Virus record (IMG/VR): IMGVR_UViG_640753020_000006
Source: a virus
DNA: 64,000 nt
Direction: 5' to 3' (one strand)
In this document: positions 31,301 to 40,072 of the stretch, one piece after another
Numbering within the stretch: position 1 is the stretch's first letter
Layout: each line of letters starts with the position of its first letter
Notes under the pieces: model-generated
Seen by the model: only the letters and a program-made list of their open reading frames with translations
What the model was told of the DNA's origin: nothing
The model's database searches: none
Position numbers and translations under genes: made by a program

Positions 31301-32129
31301 AAGTACCACTTGCTATATCTGTTGCAGATGCTAAATCTAAGCTCCCGGCACTTGCCAAACTTAACAACCCTGGTAATGCAGTTATGGTTTCTTGAACACT
31401 AAAGCCTGCCTGACCCAAAAGCTCCTCTGCTTCAGTTACTTGTACGGCCGACCAAGCAGTTGAAGCCCCTAAACTTTTGGCAGTATCACCTAACTGTTTC
31501 ATCTGTTTATCTGTGGCCTCTGTAACTGCCTTTACATTAGATAAACCCTGCTCATACTGTGAAAAAGTTTTTATGCTAGTCCCAAGACCAATTCCACCTG
31601 TGGCTAATACTCCGGCTATTCCTACAGATATTATCTTTTTGGCACCGGTTTTAATCCATCCATTTATTTTACTTTCCACATTATTAATGGTTTTGGTAGC
31701 TTCATCTTGTGCTTTTATTTTGACAGTTGCCTTTTTATTATCTAACTTTTCAGCCTTAGTTTCAGTTTCCTCAATTATTTTACTTGCCTTATTATCTGCA
31801 TCTATTTTAGGCTTAACACTTTTACTATTTAATTTTTCTGCTTTGTTTTCTATCTTATCTATAACTTTGCTAGCCCCATCCTCTGCCTTTACTTTGGCTT
31901 GAGCAGTGGTAGCATTTAATTTATCTGTCCTAGATTTTATTTTATCAATAGTTGTTGATGCATCATCCTTCAATTTAGCACTGGGGCTGGCTTTTATCTT
32001 ATCCAGAGCCTTCAACTTATTTTTTGTTTGTTCTGCCATTTTTTCCATAGCAGAAAGCTTCCCCTGGGTTTCAGAATCTCCACTAACCCCTATTGCGATA
32101 TCAATTCTATAAATCTCTTTATTGGCCAT
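28302..32129 (-). CDS. Tail tape measure protein (TP901-like core)
   Basis: 1275 aa; A.Q.G..T..SA.QV.EA...L.QAG, G..A....RL..P motifs. Confidence 0.95.
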   Translation of the reverse strand: MANKEIYRIDIAIGVSGDSETQGKLSAMEKMAEQTKNKLKALDKIKASPSAKLKDDASTTIDKIKSRTDKLNATTAQAKVKAEDGASKVIDKIENKAEKLNSKSVKPKIDADNKASKIIEETETKAEKLDNKKATVKIKAQDEATKTINNVESKINGWIKTGAKKIISVGIAGVLATGGIGLGTSIKTFSQYEQGLSNVKAVTEATDKQMKQLGDTAKSLGASTAWSAVQVTEAEELLGQAGFSVQETITALPGLLSLASAGSLDLASATDIASGTLRSFSLNASDSAHVADVLALSASATNSDVTDLGETMKYVAPVSASLGISLEDTAAAAGLLSNQNIKGSQAGTILRQAMARLASPTEQAADVMKEYGINAFDAQGNMKPLSGVVDNLNTSLGKLTSQQRADAISTIFGTESMSGILALMNQGGESLSSLSQKLKDAKGSADKMAETKLDNLAGQWEQLTGAVETAQIELGERLAPYAKEFVTWLTGKMPEITDSVVKFVDYISKNTTTIKTLAATVVGLSAAFAGFSAVGKIGNTITGIKGLASVLKGGKVAEETVKVAGGLRSIGVVGRLLPLILNPVGLAIAGTAVVAGTAITANANLMKKSLSTTTEELSTTEKIMNKLNGSIYKSKKEMTQLGLVYDDFGSGVSDSFKAAARDASKSLLEIEMNIQRLVRDGSIDDADNTQLKGWVDKFTNEAIEAIRQKQSEIQSEFQKTFSLDGVTSDAEQNVMDYLSSYFQEGVNKELAIRDEIYSIGDKAIKDHGAILDSDIKQIKDKLAELKALQLEYANAESAGERAYASSKFTSKVKDKAESTAGTVAGIKDASQLLQDRAKEYQSQREEVEANYDKTIATTKYLLSSPKISSETKTKLESGLKETTTARDNTLQKIDEGWKSDIETVYKYYPKAKGQINEYDGDMLSGGDITAQNSLDKMKNKYSELKNITKSGFYGIRNSATGEMNAMYVSVEKSSGDIVGAWNVTTQEIGAYTTDIKSKVKELGNVHQSTVGGAIKYLTDMQASYDLVSNKVVSFSGQAIGQLQNVSVAADGTRTGILNLNGTPVQITSNAEGQITSITEVGNAVQNIPPSKNVTVSTNATEAKAPVDGLLGSLRSLGSKVWTATVSIFQKIIGSGENPDQKANGTSYFSGGFSTVDERGWELSQNKSVPVLGNYNGDPLAYMSRGTKILNHMQSVQDMKKEVSRQVNQKMASQPSKVQYQLIKPQQKVQVAAVGGLSFGDINVNVGNDQDIDTIVIQATKKFATEFRKTLQNLKR

Positions 32130-32135
32130 TAATAT

Positions 32136-32743
32136 TCACTTCCTGACCTCTTCAATAGCTTTATTATGCTGTTCCACTTCATAATTAGAAAAGGCAAGAA
32201 TCAATTTCCTTGCCATATCATTTCTTTCTACTCCATAAAAAGAGTCGGGAGGTATATTATGCATTGCAAATAGATTATATAATGCAGTAATTTTCCCTCC
32301 CAACTCTATGAGTTTTTTATATCTTCCATCTCTTCTAATTCATTATTAAATCCACTTAATTCTAATATTTTATCTGTCAATGCGGATATTTCTCCAGCCA
32401 GAAGCTTTTTTCTAATGAACTGTTTTCCATCACTTGCCTTAGCTGAATCAAGTAATTTAGAATCATTCCAATTAAAATTAGTAGTGGCAGCAACAATTAA
32501 ACCTGCATCAAATTCATTTCCATCAAGTTTATCCTCTGATTTACCACCTCTGGATTTTCTGTTATAAGTACATTCCTTTCTAATTTTACTTATTTCTTTT
32601 TCGCTTAATCCTTTTAGCGTTAAAGGAATCCCCATTCTTTCTATAAAAACTGTAGCAGTTGGAACTTCATAAGTCCCCATAAGTTTAGCTAAAATATCCT
32701 CTTCTTTCATAGATAATATCTGTTCATCTGTCATTTTTTTCAT
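32136..32743 (-). CDS. Tail assembly chaperone (XkdN-like, stop 32306) with -1 frameshift extension to 32136
   Basis: A AAA AAC heptamer at 32312-32318 just before the stop; -1 frame open for 58 codons. Confidence 0.85.
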
Positions 32744-32901
32744 TTTAAATTCCTCCTAAATAATTTATTTTTATCTCTGATATTTCAAAACACTATAATT
32801 TGGCACTCACCCCCTTTCAGGCACAATAAAAGCACCTGCCATTACAGCAAGTGCTTGTCTAATATTCTAAATTGGTTCTATATTTTCTTTTAAAGCTTTA
32901 T

Positions 32902-33081
32902 TTATATTCCAAACAAATCAGATATAAAAGTATACATTTCTGATACAAAAAGCTCTTTGTTACAATCTGTAATGTGTTCTAAGTCTATTTTCTCTGCTAG
33001 GTTTTTTGATTTTAATGTTATTCTATCCAGATAATCTCCTGTAAATCCCACAAACTGCTCCCTAACTTCTACTGCTGTCAT
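32902..33081 (-). CDS. 59-aa ORF coupled to the antirepressor gene (not in track)
   Basis: TAATG overlap with the upstream stop. Confidence 0.5.
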   Translation of the reverse strand: MTAVEVREQFVGFTGDYLDRITLKSKNLAEKIDLEHITDCNKELFVSEMYTFISDLFGI

Positions 33082-33887
33082 TATATCACTTCCTTTAAGG
33101 GAGCCAATATGTTTACCAATTCTATAAAAGTATCTTCGTAATATAATGGCTGACTTTGACTAGCACTGCCCTTTGTACTTACTTCATTCTTGCCATACTT
33201 TAAACCTTTGTCCATTATATGATTATAGCTTTTAAATTTCCTCTTACCTGTAGACGGTCTGGTTCTTTTCTCTAAGAATCCATGTTCTATCATAAGAGTA
33301 TTGAATTGCCTTACATTCATAGGAACATTAAATTTTTGCAATAATGCTGTAGCAGAAAATCCAACCTTATCATCCACATAATCGGGAAGATATGCGGTGC
33401 TTAAACCTTGTGAATTGTTAAAATCCTTCAACATTCTTACTGTAGATGCTTTGCTAGGTTTTAATAAATCTACTGCAAGTTTTAAGCCTTGTTGTTCTAA
33501 CTGTAGGTTTTCTAACTTGTTATCAAAGTTTTGAATTTGTATTTTACTTTCCTTAACCCTAAAATAAGTTTCTTCTAAATGGTCAAATTGCTCCCATGCT
33601 TTGTCATTATCAAGTATTTTGCAATGTCTATCAGCCCCACGTTCTGTCCATAAATATAACTTATTTACATTGGATTTCACAATCCTTCTAATTGAAGGTT
33701 CGCTTTTGAAAGCTTTTAATTTCTCTCCTTCTAACTTAAAATAATGTTTACCTTCTATAAATCTATTACTATTCCTAGAAAAGTTTTGATTTATTATATC
33801 TGTAGAAGTTTCATAAACTTGTGCAAGCTGTTTAGTCGTTAAAATTCTTTCATTATTATAAGTTACTGGAACTAATTCATTGCTCAT
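33081..33887 (-). CDS. Phage antirepressor (ORF6N domain + KilAC-like C-terminus)
   Basis: RILTTKQLA..Y....I..NF.RN..RF.EGKHYF.L.G, LYLWTERGA.RH.K.L. Confidence 0.88.
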   Translation of the reverse strand: MSNELVPVTYNNERILTTKQLAQVYETSTDIINQNFSRNSNRFIEGKHYFKLEGEKLKAFKSEPSIRRIVKSNVNKLYLWTERGADRHCKILDNDKAWEQFDHLEETYFRVKESKIQIQNFDNKLENLQLEQQGLKLAVDLLKPSKASTVRMLKDFNNSQGLSTAYLPDYVDDKVGFSATALLQKFNVPMNVRQFNTLMIEHGFLEKRTRPSTGKRKFKSYNHIMDKGLKYGKNEVSTKGSASQSQPLYYEDTFIELVNILAPLKEVI

Positions 33888-33917
33888 ATCATATACACCC
33901 TTTCAAATTTTGATTTC

Positions 33918-33946
33918 TTGAAAGAGACTATTCCCTATGATATAAT
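33918..33946 (+). promoter_or_regulatory. SigA promoter, antisense to the arc-ant leader
   Basis: TTGAAA-17 bp-TATAAT with TG extension. Confidence 0.75.
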
Positions 33947-33951
33947 ATTTC

Positions 33952-34014
33952 ACAGAGAGCAGTCTCTGCGTAAAACGCTCGTGTATTCTTTGGTCGGAAG
34001 AACGGGCGTTTTTT
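33952..34014 (+). ncRNA. Putative ~62-nt antisense RNA (sar-like)
   Basis: Consensus promoter; terminator AAAACGCTCGT/ACGGGCGTTTTTT with a + strand G.U pair. Confidence 0.6.
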
Positions 34015-34156
34015 ACTTTGAGTTTTTTTCATTAAATCGCAAGTCATTCTTTACTAATTTAATAATATAGTCTTGTATCGTAATTTGTTCTTTTACTGTT
34101 TTTAATTTCATGGCTGTATGCAATTCATCTGAAAATCTTATAGTAACACCTTTCGT
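34013..34156 (-). CDS. Arc-like ribbon-helix-helix repressor (47 aa; start codon uncertain, ACG or GTG)
   Basis: KGVTIRFSDELH.AMK......TIQDYII.LV..DL; RBS AGGAGG; TTGACA-17-TATGCT promoter at about 34179-34207. Confidence 0.65.
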   Translation of the reverse strand, partial: TKGVTIRFSDELHTAMKLKTVKEQITIQDYIIKLVKNDLRFNEKNSK

Positions 34157-34255
34157 AGATACCACCTCCTAACATTTATAGCATACAATCAAACTATCAA
34201 AATGTCAAGGAGGGGTATTAGAAAATTATTCTAAGTTATTAAGGAGGATTAGCTT

Positions 34256-34444
34256 TTAAATTTCCCAATCCTCTTTTAATTTATTAATTAACTGCATCAT
34301 TTCATTATTACCTTCGTCCATATCAGGGTGAAATTTTAACGCAAGAACTTTATATATAGTTTTAAGCTTTATTTTTTCCTCTTCTGTGTAGTTACTATGT
34401 TTATTTTCAAAGTAACTACTGCTATTGTCCCTATTGCTATTATT
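34256..34444 (-). pseudogene. Remnant of a J-domain-like C-terminus
   Basis: KLKTIYKVLALKFHPDMDEGNNEMMQLINKLK with HPD motif; no in-frame start before the motif. Confidence 0.55.
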
Positions 34445-34463
34445 ATTTTATTTTTCAGAAAAG

Positions 34464-35300
34464 TTAATCAACTAGAACTATAGTAGGGTTATCTGAAAGT
34501 GTAATGCTTGTTCCTCTATCTTCTTTTATTTCTTTAATATACCCTTTAACAGTAACTTTAGCCCCTTTTATCCACGTTTTGTAATTAATTTTATCTTTAG
34601 GATATATCATTGTTACAATTACATCCGTATTGTTAATTTTTATTGCAATCGCCTCAATATTACTTTCTCTATATAGCTTAAGTAATTCTTCATCATTAGA
34701 TTGATCTATTCCCATGTCAGTTGCAATAGTTCCAGTAAACTCTAGTAGCTTTCCTATATATTTATCGGGTGTAGCATACATCAATTCTAATTCTTTATCA
34801 GAATAATTACAGTCGATTTTGTTCGATTTACTAATTGACCGATTGTCCTTTGTGGATGATTTTTCTTTACTAAAACCTAATCGTTCTAATTCATTATTTA
34901 ATTGTGCTACATTTTCATTTGACTTCTTAGAAAATTCAGAAAATGTATATATATCTCCATCTTTAAAAGCATTTAATGATTTCTTATGATTTTCAACTGC
35001 ACTAATAGAATTATCCATTATAGATTTCAAGCTTTCATCAGATATATTCCCTGAAGAATTTTCTTCATGTAATTCTTCAAGTATTTTATCACATTCCTTA
35101 ATTTCTTCGTCAATTACATTTTCATTATTAATATCATATAGTTGTCGCAAATCATCCATTCTTTTTACAATATTAGCTATTTGATGTGCTTCATTTTCTC
35201 TTTTAACATATTTATATGCTTTATAAAACATTGTTGCAAACACTACGACAATTATTAAAACAACTCCAATTCCTATTTTTAAAATCTTCTTTTTCTGCAC
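34464..35300 (-). CDS. Membrane-anchored moron protein with C-terminal OB-fold-like domain
   Basis: N-terminal TM, coiled coil, Y...PDKYIGK...FTG.I...G..VTVKG. Confidence 0.7.
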   Translation of the reverse strand: MQKKKILKIGIGVVLIIVVVFATMFYKAYKYVKRENEAHQIANIVKRMDDLRQLYDINNENVIDEEIKECDKILEELHEENSSGNISDESLKSIMDNSISAVENHKKSLNAFKDGDIYTFSEFSKKSNENVAQLNNELERLGFSKEKSSTKDNRSISKSNKIDCNYSDKELELMYATPDKYIGKLLEFTGTIATDMGIDQSNDEELLKLYRESNIEAIAIKINNTDVIVTMIYPKDKINYKTWIKGAKVTVKGYIKEIKEDRGTSITLSDNPTIVLVD

Positions 35301-35374
35301 TTCCCATCTCCCCTTATTAACAAAATATTAATAAAATTATAGCATATTTTGCTAATAAGGGGAATTTATATACA

Positions 35375-35785
35375 TTAATCTGCCTCAATAGCATCCGTTA
35401 ATTCATAACCTTCAAATGTAAAAGGACTTTCTTCCATTACTAAATCCCCAACCTTTAAATCAATAAGGTTAACTTCATCAGCCATACAGTTCAACAATCT
35501 TATGCTCTCATATCCATACGATTCTGGATCTTCAAGTCCTACGATAAGTTCAAATCGCTTAAAATCTCTCTTTATCATATCTGACGTTACATGATATCCA
35601 GTAAAGCTACCAGTACCTTTTTTAGTACCTCTCTTATACCTAGTCCACTCATCTCCAACTACATTTATTTCTTTTTTATCAAGTGCGACTTTTGCAGTAC
35701 ACTCACTTACATTTGTCTGTTCAACCCCATCCATAAGTATTTTTCCATATCTACTGTGAATAGTTCTGCTTGAATCTAAAGGCAT
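35375..35785 (-). CDS. Tail tube protein, XkdM-like
   Basis: RTI..RYG, G..W..YK.G...G.G, DPE.YG.E, E..PFTF. Confidence 0.92.
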   Translation of the reverse strand: MPLDSSRTIHSRYGKILMDGVEQTNVSECTAKVALDKKEINVVGDEWTRYKRGTKKGTGSFTGYHVTSDMIKRDFKRFELIVGLEDPESYGYESIRLLNCMADEVNLIDLKVGDLVMEESPFTFEGYELTDAIEAD

Positions 35786-35795
35786 ATTATCCCTC

Positions 35796-37223
35796 CTATC
35801 TTATATATCCTGTACCATAAATTCTTTTCATCACATTTATATATTTAGCATCCCACATCCAGAAGAACTCATCATTTTTAGCATTCGCTTGAAGTTCTTC
35901 ATCTATTTCCACAGTAAAATTACTATCTATTAGACCAGAATCATTCAAAGTTTCAAAGTACTGTTTCAAAGATGCCAATACAGCAACCTGTCCTGTTCTA
36001 TCATTGCCTATCTTTCCTATATATTTCTGATTACCTGTAGAGCTAGTATCTTCATCTACTGCATCTATAAATTTAATAGCTCGTAAATATCCTAAAGTTT
36101 CACTTTGGTCTGTTCCATAAGACTTTAAGGTATTTACATCATCTTCTACTACAACTTCGCCATTATCGTATCTTAGAATCATAGTACCTGCCTGTAATGA
36201 ACTTTTAATTTCCTCATCAGTTAAGTTTTTAGTCACATTATTAAATATGGTTTTAGCATTACACAAGCTTTCTTTAAGACTTTGACCTTCTCCAAGTGCT
36301 GCTATATAACATGCTGTTTCTGCCGGAGTATATGTTATTCCATCCAATACTCCTCCAACTGCACCAATATAACAGAATCCCTCATAATTGAAACTTCGTG
36401 ATTTAGCATTAGCCTCATTTATTGTCTCATCTAACCCACCACCGGCATATGCTCTTATTTTCTTTCCATTCTTCCTGTTTTTCTCAACCCATGATTTAAC
36501 ACTTGTTTGAAGGGCTGAATCTATTATTCCATCCAATACAAATCCATTAAATTTTACACCTTCAAATGCTGCCATAGCGTCAATATATTTATCATTTGTT
36601 ATTGCTGCTGCACCATCATTGCCACCTGTTAATGGCTGATTTAATATACTTGCCAAAGTACCGTTGCCATCTGCAATTTTTTCAGCATTAATCCACAGAT
36701 TCTCTTCATTGCTATTTATTGATTCAACCATTTCCTGTATTGTTCCAGAAAGTGCTGTAAAAGAATATATTTGAGTCGCCTCATCATAGAGGATTATATC
36801 TTTCTTAGATGAATCTACAATATTATCTCTCACAGTAACGTTGAATTTTCTTGTAGTAGGATATTTCGTATTGATTTTTAATACATCTCCAGAAGGTTCA
36901 GCTGTATCTTTTAATGTTATTGTAGATACCTTTTCATTTCCATCCGCAAGTCTATACAAAAGAAGTTCTTTAGGCTGCCCTAATAATACCAACCTTCCAA
37001 GTCTGTATGCAGTATAGCTGACATCATCCCCGAAACTTGTAATTAATTCTTTTTCAGATGTTATTGATATTACCGTTCCAACTGGTCCCCAATTGGCTTT
37101 TACAGGCATTGCAATAATACCCCTTTTGCCTTGCTGTATACGTGATAAAGCTATAGCTTTAAACCTATTATAAAATCCCGGTCTTATTGGTTTATCTGTC
37201 TCGCTCCAATATCCAGATGCCAT
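35796..37223 (-). CDS. Tail sheath protein, XkdK-like
   Basis: RPG.Y..F, RG..A.P....WGP; C-terminal sheath motifs. Confidence 0.92.
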   Translation of the reverse strand: MASGYWSETDKPIRPGFYNRFKAIALSRIQQGKRGIIAMPVKANWGPVGTVISITSEKELITSFGDDVSYTAYRLGRLVLLGQPKELLLYRLADGNEKVSTITLKDTAEPSGDVLKINTKYPTTRKFNVTVRDNIVDSSKKDIILYDEATQIYSFTALSGTIQEMVESINSNEENLWINAEKIADGNGTLASILNQPLTGGNDGAAAITNDKYIDAMAAFEGVKFNGFVLDGIIDSALQTSVKSWVEKNRKNGKKIRAYAGGGLDETINEANAKSRSFNYEGFCYIGAVGGVLDGITYTPAETACYIAALGEGQSLKESLCNAKTIFNNVTKNLTDEEIKSSLQAGTMILRYDNGEVVVEDDVNTLKSYGTDQSETLGYLRAIKFIDAVDEDTSSTGNQKYIGKIGNDRTGQVAVLASLKQYFETLNDSGLIDSNFTVEIDEELQANAKNDEFFWMWDAKYINVMKRIYGTGYIR

Positions 37224-37224
37224 A

Positions 37225-37536
37225 CTATTCTACCTTCTTTCCTAAGAATTTTTTAATTCTTTCTTTAAGCTCTGTTTTAGTCATCTTTGTTTTTTCACAA
37301 TTAAATAAAGCACCTGAGATTACTTCTTTCCTGTAACCAAGTGCCTTACAATTATTTATAAAATCTTGTATGTCATATGCTTCTTCTTTTAACGCCAATT
37401 TTTCCTCTTGATTAGCCTTAACTTCTTCTACTTCTATAACTGTAGTTTCCTCCAAACCTTCCCTAGTAGATAAATTCTCTGGTTCCATCTTTTCATCAGT
37501 CGGAATGTATTCTTTTTGTATTGTATTATCTTCCAA
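37225..37536 (-). CDS. Small conserved tail-region protein
   Basis: Position before sheath; ends I.KFL.KKVE. Confidence 0.65.
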   Translation of the reverse strand: MEDNTIQKEYIPTDEKMEPENLSTREGLEETTVIEVEEVKANQEEKLALKEEAYDIQDFINNCKALGYRKEVISGALFNCEKTKMTKTELKERIKKFLGKKVE

Positions 37537-37562
37537 ATCTATCCCTCCTTAATTAACCTACT

Positions 37563-38378
37563 TTATTTTCTCCTTCCATAAATTTTATTTATAGTTGGTG
37601 TATTTTTCTCTATCATCTTCCTCCTAAAAAAAGTAACAGTTAGCTGGCCTACACCTAACATATCTGCTTCCCTATCTTCACTAATACTTTCTACAGTAAG
37701 GTATCGCCTATCTAACAAATCCAAAGGTATTTTAAAATCATCAATAAGATTATGTTCTATATCATCTAATAATTTATTAACTTGATTTTTATTATTACTG
37801 ACAATGTGGCATACAAGAGTTTTAGTCTCTTTTACAAGAGCGTAATTTTCTCTTTCCTTCTTTTGATTCTTTACCCTCCATAAAATAGAAGGCACTTGAA
37901 AATTCTTTTTCCAATTATTAAGATATACTGTATAGTCTGTAATAGTTTTTGTATAGTCATATAATGCATCAAGCCATGTATCGGTATTGACTTCATCCTC
38001 CTCATGTAGAGCTATGACATTAAACCGAAGTCCTCTTGCTATGGCCTGCCATTCCACATCTGCAACATCCTGTCCTATGGTACCATTAAAAATACAGGTA
38101 AAAGTTTCATTTGCTTTTGTATCTTCTATTACCTGCATATTAAGAGCCTTGATTACTTTGTCCCCCAGTGAATCCAGATTTTTAAAGGTAGTTCTTTTCT
38201 CATATATCCATATTTCTATAGTTCTTTTAAATCCAACTACCTCTCCACTGTCGGTATCATTACCCTGGAGAACTACTGCATAAGGTTTCGGGGTATCTCT
38301 TGTGGGAATATTAGGTTCACAACATTTTTTAAGCTCTGGAATACTGTCAGTAAGTTTTTTTCTTATTCCGTCACGCAT
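37563..38378 (-). CDS. Tail terminator-like protein
   Basis: Gene order between neck and sheath genes. Confidence 0.65.
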   Translation of the reverse strand: MRDGIRKKLTDSIPELKKCCEPNIPTRDTPKPYAVVLQGNDTDSGEVVGFKRTIEIWIYEKRTTFKNLDSLGDKVIKALNMQVIEDTKANETFTCIFNGTIGQDVADVEWQAIARGLRFNVIALHEEDEVNTDTWLDALYDYTKTITDYTVYLNNWKKNFQVPSILWRVKNQKKERENYALVKETKTLVCHIVSNNKNQVNKLLDDIEHNLIDDFKIPLDLLDRRYLTVESISEDREADMLGVGQLTVTFFRRKMIEKNTPTINKIYGRRK

Positions 38379-38605
38379 TGTTTTTCTACCTTTGCATTAG
38401 CTTTTATTTTTAAATGTTCTGCGTAGAATTCAACTTTCACCACAGGTATATTTCGTGCGTCCATTGAAAAATCAACGCTTTTTACTTTTTTTGAATGATC
38501 AATTCCATCTATAATTATTTTCCCTAATAATTTATCAATGTCATATTCTATTTCTATATCAGCTAATTTTAATTCTTCTTCATTTTTAATCTGATTTTCA
38601 CTCAT
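38363..38605 (-). CDS. Hypothetical protein
   Basis: RBS GGGAGG; ORF track. Confidence 0.6.
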   Translation of the reverse strand: MSENQIKNEEELKLADIEIEYDIDKLLGKIIIDGIDHSKKVKSVDFSMDARNIPVVKVEFYAEHLKIKANAKVEKQCVTE

Positions 38606-38625
38606 ATTATCAATCCTCCCATAAT

Positions 38626-39051
38626 TTATTCACTCCAATATTCAATTATTTTATTTGCTATATTGTCCTTATTATTTTTAAGTGTATCTTTTATAATAGG
38701 CATAGGTTTTATTCCTTTTACCAACTTGGCAAAATGTCTGTTTCCATCTTCATCAACCCAACTTAATATTTTCTTATTTACAGGTACTATAGGCTTTCCT
38801 GCGGGTCCGTATATTCCAGTACCTTCTTCCAGCCATTCTCCATATTCTTCACTTGGAATCAAAGACAAAGTATATTTTCGTCCTGAACCTTCTACACTGC
38901 CTTTTATACCCCTTCTTGCATCTCCACTTCTGTCTTTCCAGTAGGCGTTGGACTTGACCTCATTAACCAGCATGGGTTTTATTTTATTGTCAAGCAGCCC
39001 ATACATTCCATTTAGTTTATTTTCTATGAAATCATTAACTTTAAATCCCAT
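38626..39051 (-). CDS. HK97 gp10-like neck protein
   Basis: W.DR.G.AR..I.G, EYG..LE.GTG. Confidence 0.8.
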   Translation of the reverse strand: MGFKVNDFIENKLNGMYGLLDNKIKPMLVNEVKSNAYWKDRSGDARRGIKGSVEGSGRKYTLSLIPSEEYGEWLEEGTGIYGPAGKPIVPVNKKILSWVDEDGNRHFAKLVKGIKPMPIIKDTLKNNKDNIANKIIEYWSE

Positions 39052-39064
39052 ATAACCACACCTT

Positions 39065-39457
39065 TTAATCTATACGTTCCAAATCACACTCATAGCCACA
39101 GATTATATCACTGATTATTATAGGATATGCAGCCTTTACATTGAATTTATCGCCATTACTTGTAAATTCAATAGATTGTTTAGGCGTAACATCCAATTCT
39201 GCATCCTTGTCAGCAATCATTTTGTATCTGCTTATATAAGAAGTTCCCTGAGTTCCTGAATTTATATTGATGTTTACCGAATTACTATTTGTCCCAATAT
39301 AAATTAATACCGTTATAGTTTTCTTAACTGGTTCATTGTCTACAAATGCACCATCAACCTCTTCGTTAATAGTCTTAGTATAAGTTATAATAGTTGGGTT
39401 CACTGATATGGCCTTATTGATTGCATTTATAATCTTATTTGGATTTATTTTCGGCAT
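39065..39457 (-). CDS. Head closure-like protein
   Basis: Gene order and size. Confidence 0.6.
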   Translation of the reverse strand: MPKINPNKIINAINKAISVNPTIITYTKTINEEVDGAFVDNEPVKKTITVLIYIGTNSNSVNININSGTQGTSYISRYKMIADKDAELDVTPKQSIEFTSNGDKFNVKAAYPIIISDIICGYECDLERID

Positions 39458-39777
39458 TATGCACCATCACTTCTTCTCATGGAAGTTTTATAGCCTCTTA
39501 CTACGGTTGGATTTAATGCAGCCTGTTCTGATAAATAATCAGCCTGATATATGGAAGCTAGGTTATTCCAATAGTCGGGATCCGCATTTTCTATTGTTAC
39601 AGGTCCCACCACTATTTTACTCTCCATATTTGCTTTCATTAAACAACCTCTCCAGCTGGCTTTAAGGACATTATTGTCATTTACTTCAAGTAAATTTTGC
39701 AGTTCTTCATCTGTAAATACTGGATACTGACTCTCATTAAGATTTACCTTCAATATCTCTAAAGGTGTAAATGTCAT
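39457..39777 (-). CDS. Head-tail adaptor-like protein
   Basis: P.FTDEEL..LL, AS...CL.KA pattern. Confidence 0.7.
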   Translation of the reverse strand: MTFTPLEILKVNLNESQYPVFTDEELQNLLEVNDNNVLKASWRGCLMKANMESKIVVGPVTIENADPDYWNNLASIYQADYLSEQAALNPTVVRGYKTSMRRSDGA

Positions 39778-39779
39778 AA

Positions 39780-40013
39780 CTATACACCTGCCTGACTTCC
39801 TGCCTTTTCCCCTTCTCCATTAGGTGGAGTAGCCGGAGGAGTTTCAGCTTCTTTTGGGATTTCTATATCTGCATATTTACTTAATTCTTCTACATCTGAT
39901 TCCTTTACTTCAAATTCCTGATCTTCCTTCAAATGTTCCCCACCATATTTAATGAACTGTCTTGCTTTTGCCTTAAATGTTCTTTCTGTTGTATTTGCAT
40001 CTTTCTTAGCCAT
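39780..40013 (-). CDS. Small head-associated protein
   Basis: Follows the capsid gene. Confidence 0.6.
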   Translation of the reverse strand: MAKKDANTTERTFKAKARQFIKYGGEHLKEDQEFEVKESDVEELSKYADIEIPKEAETPPATPPNGEGEKAGSQAGV

Positions 40014-40072
40014 TTTTAAACCATCCTTTCTTAAATAAAAATTAAAGAGCAGCTCTTTTTGAACTACTCCAA

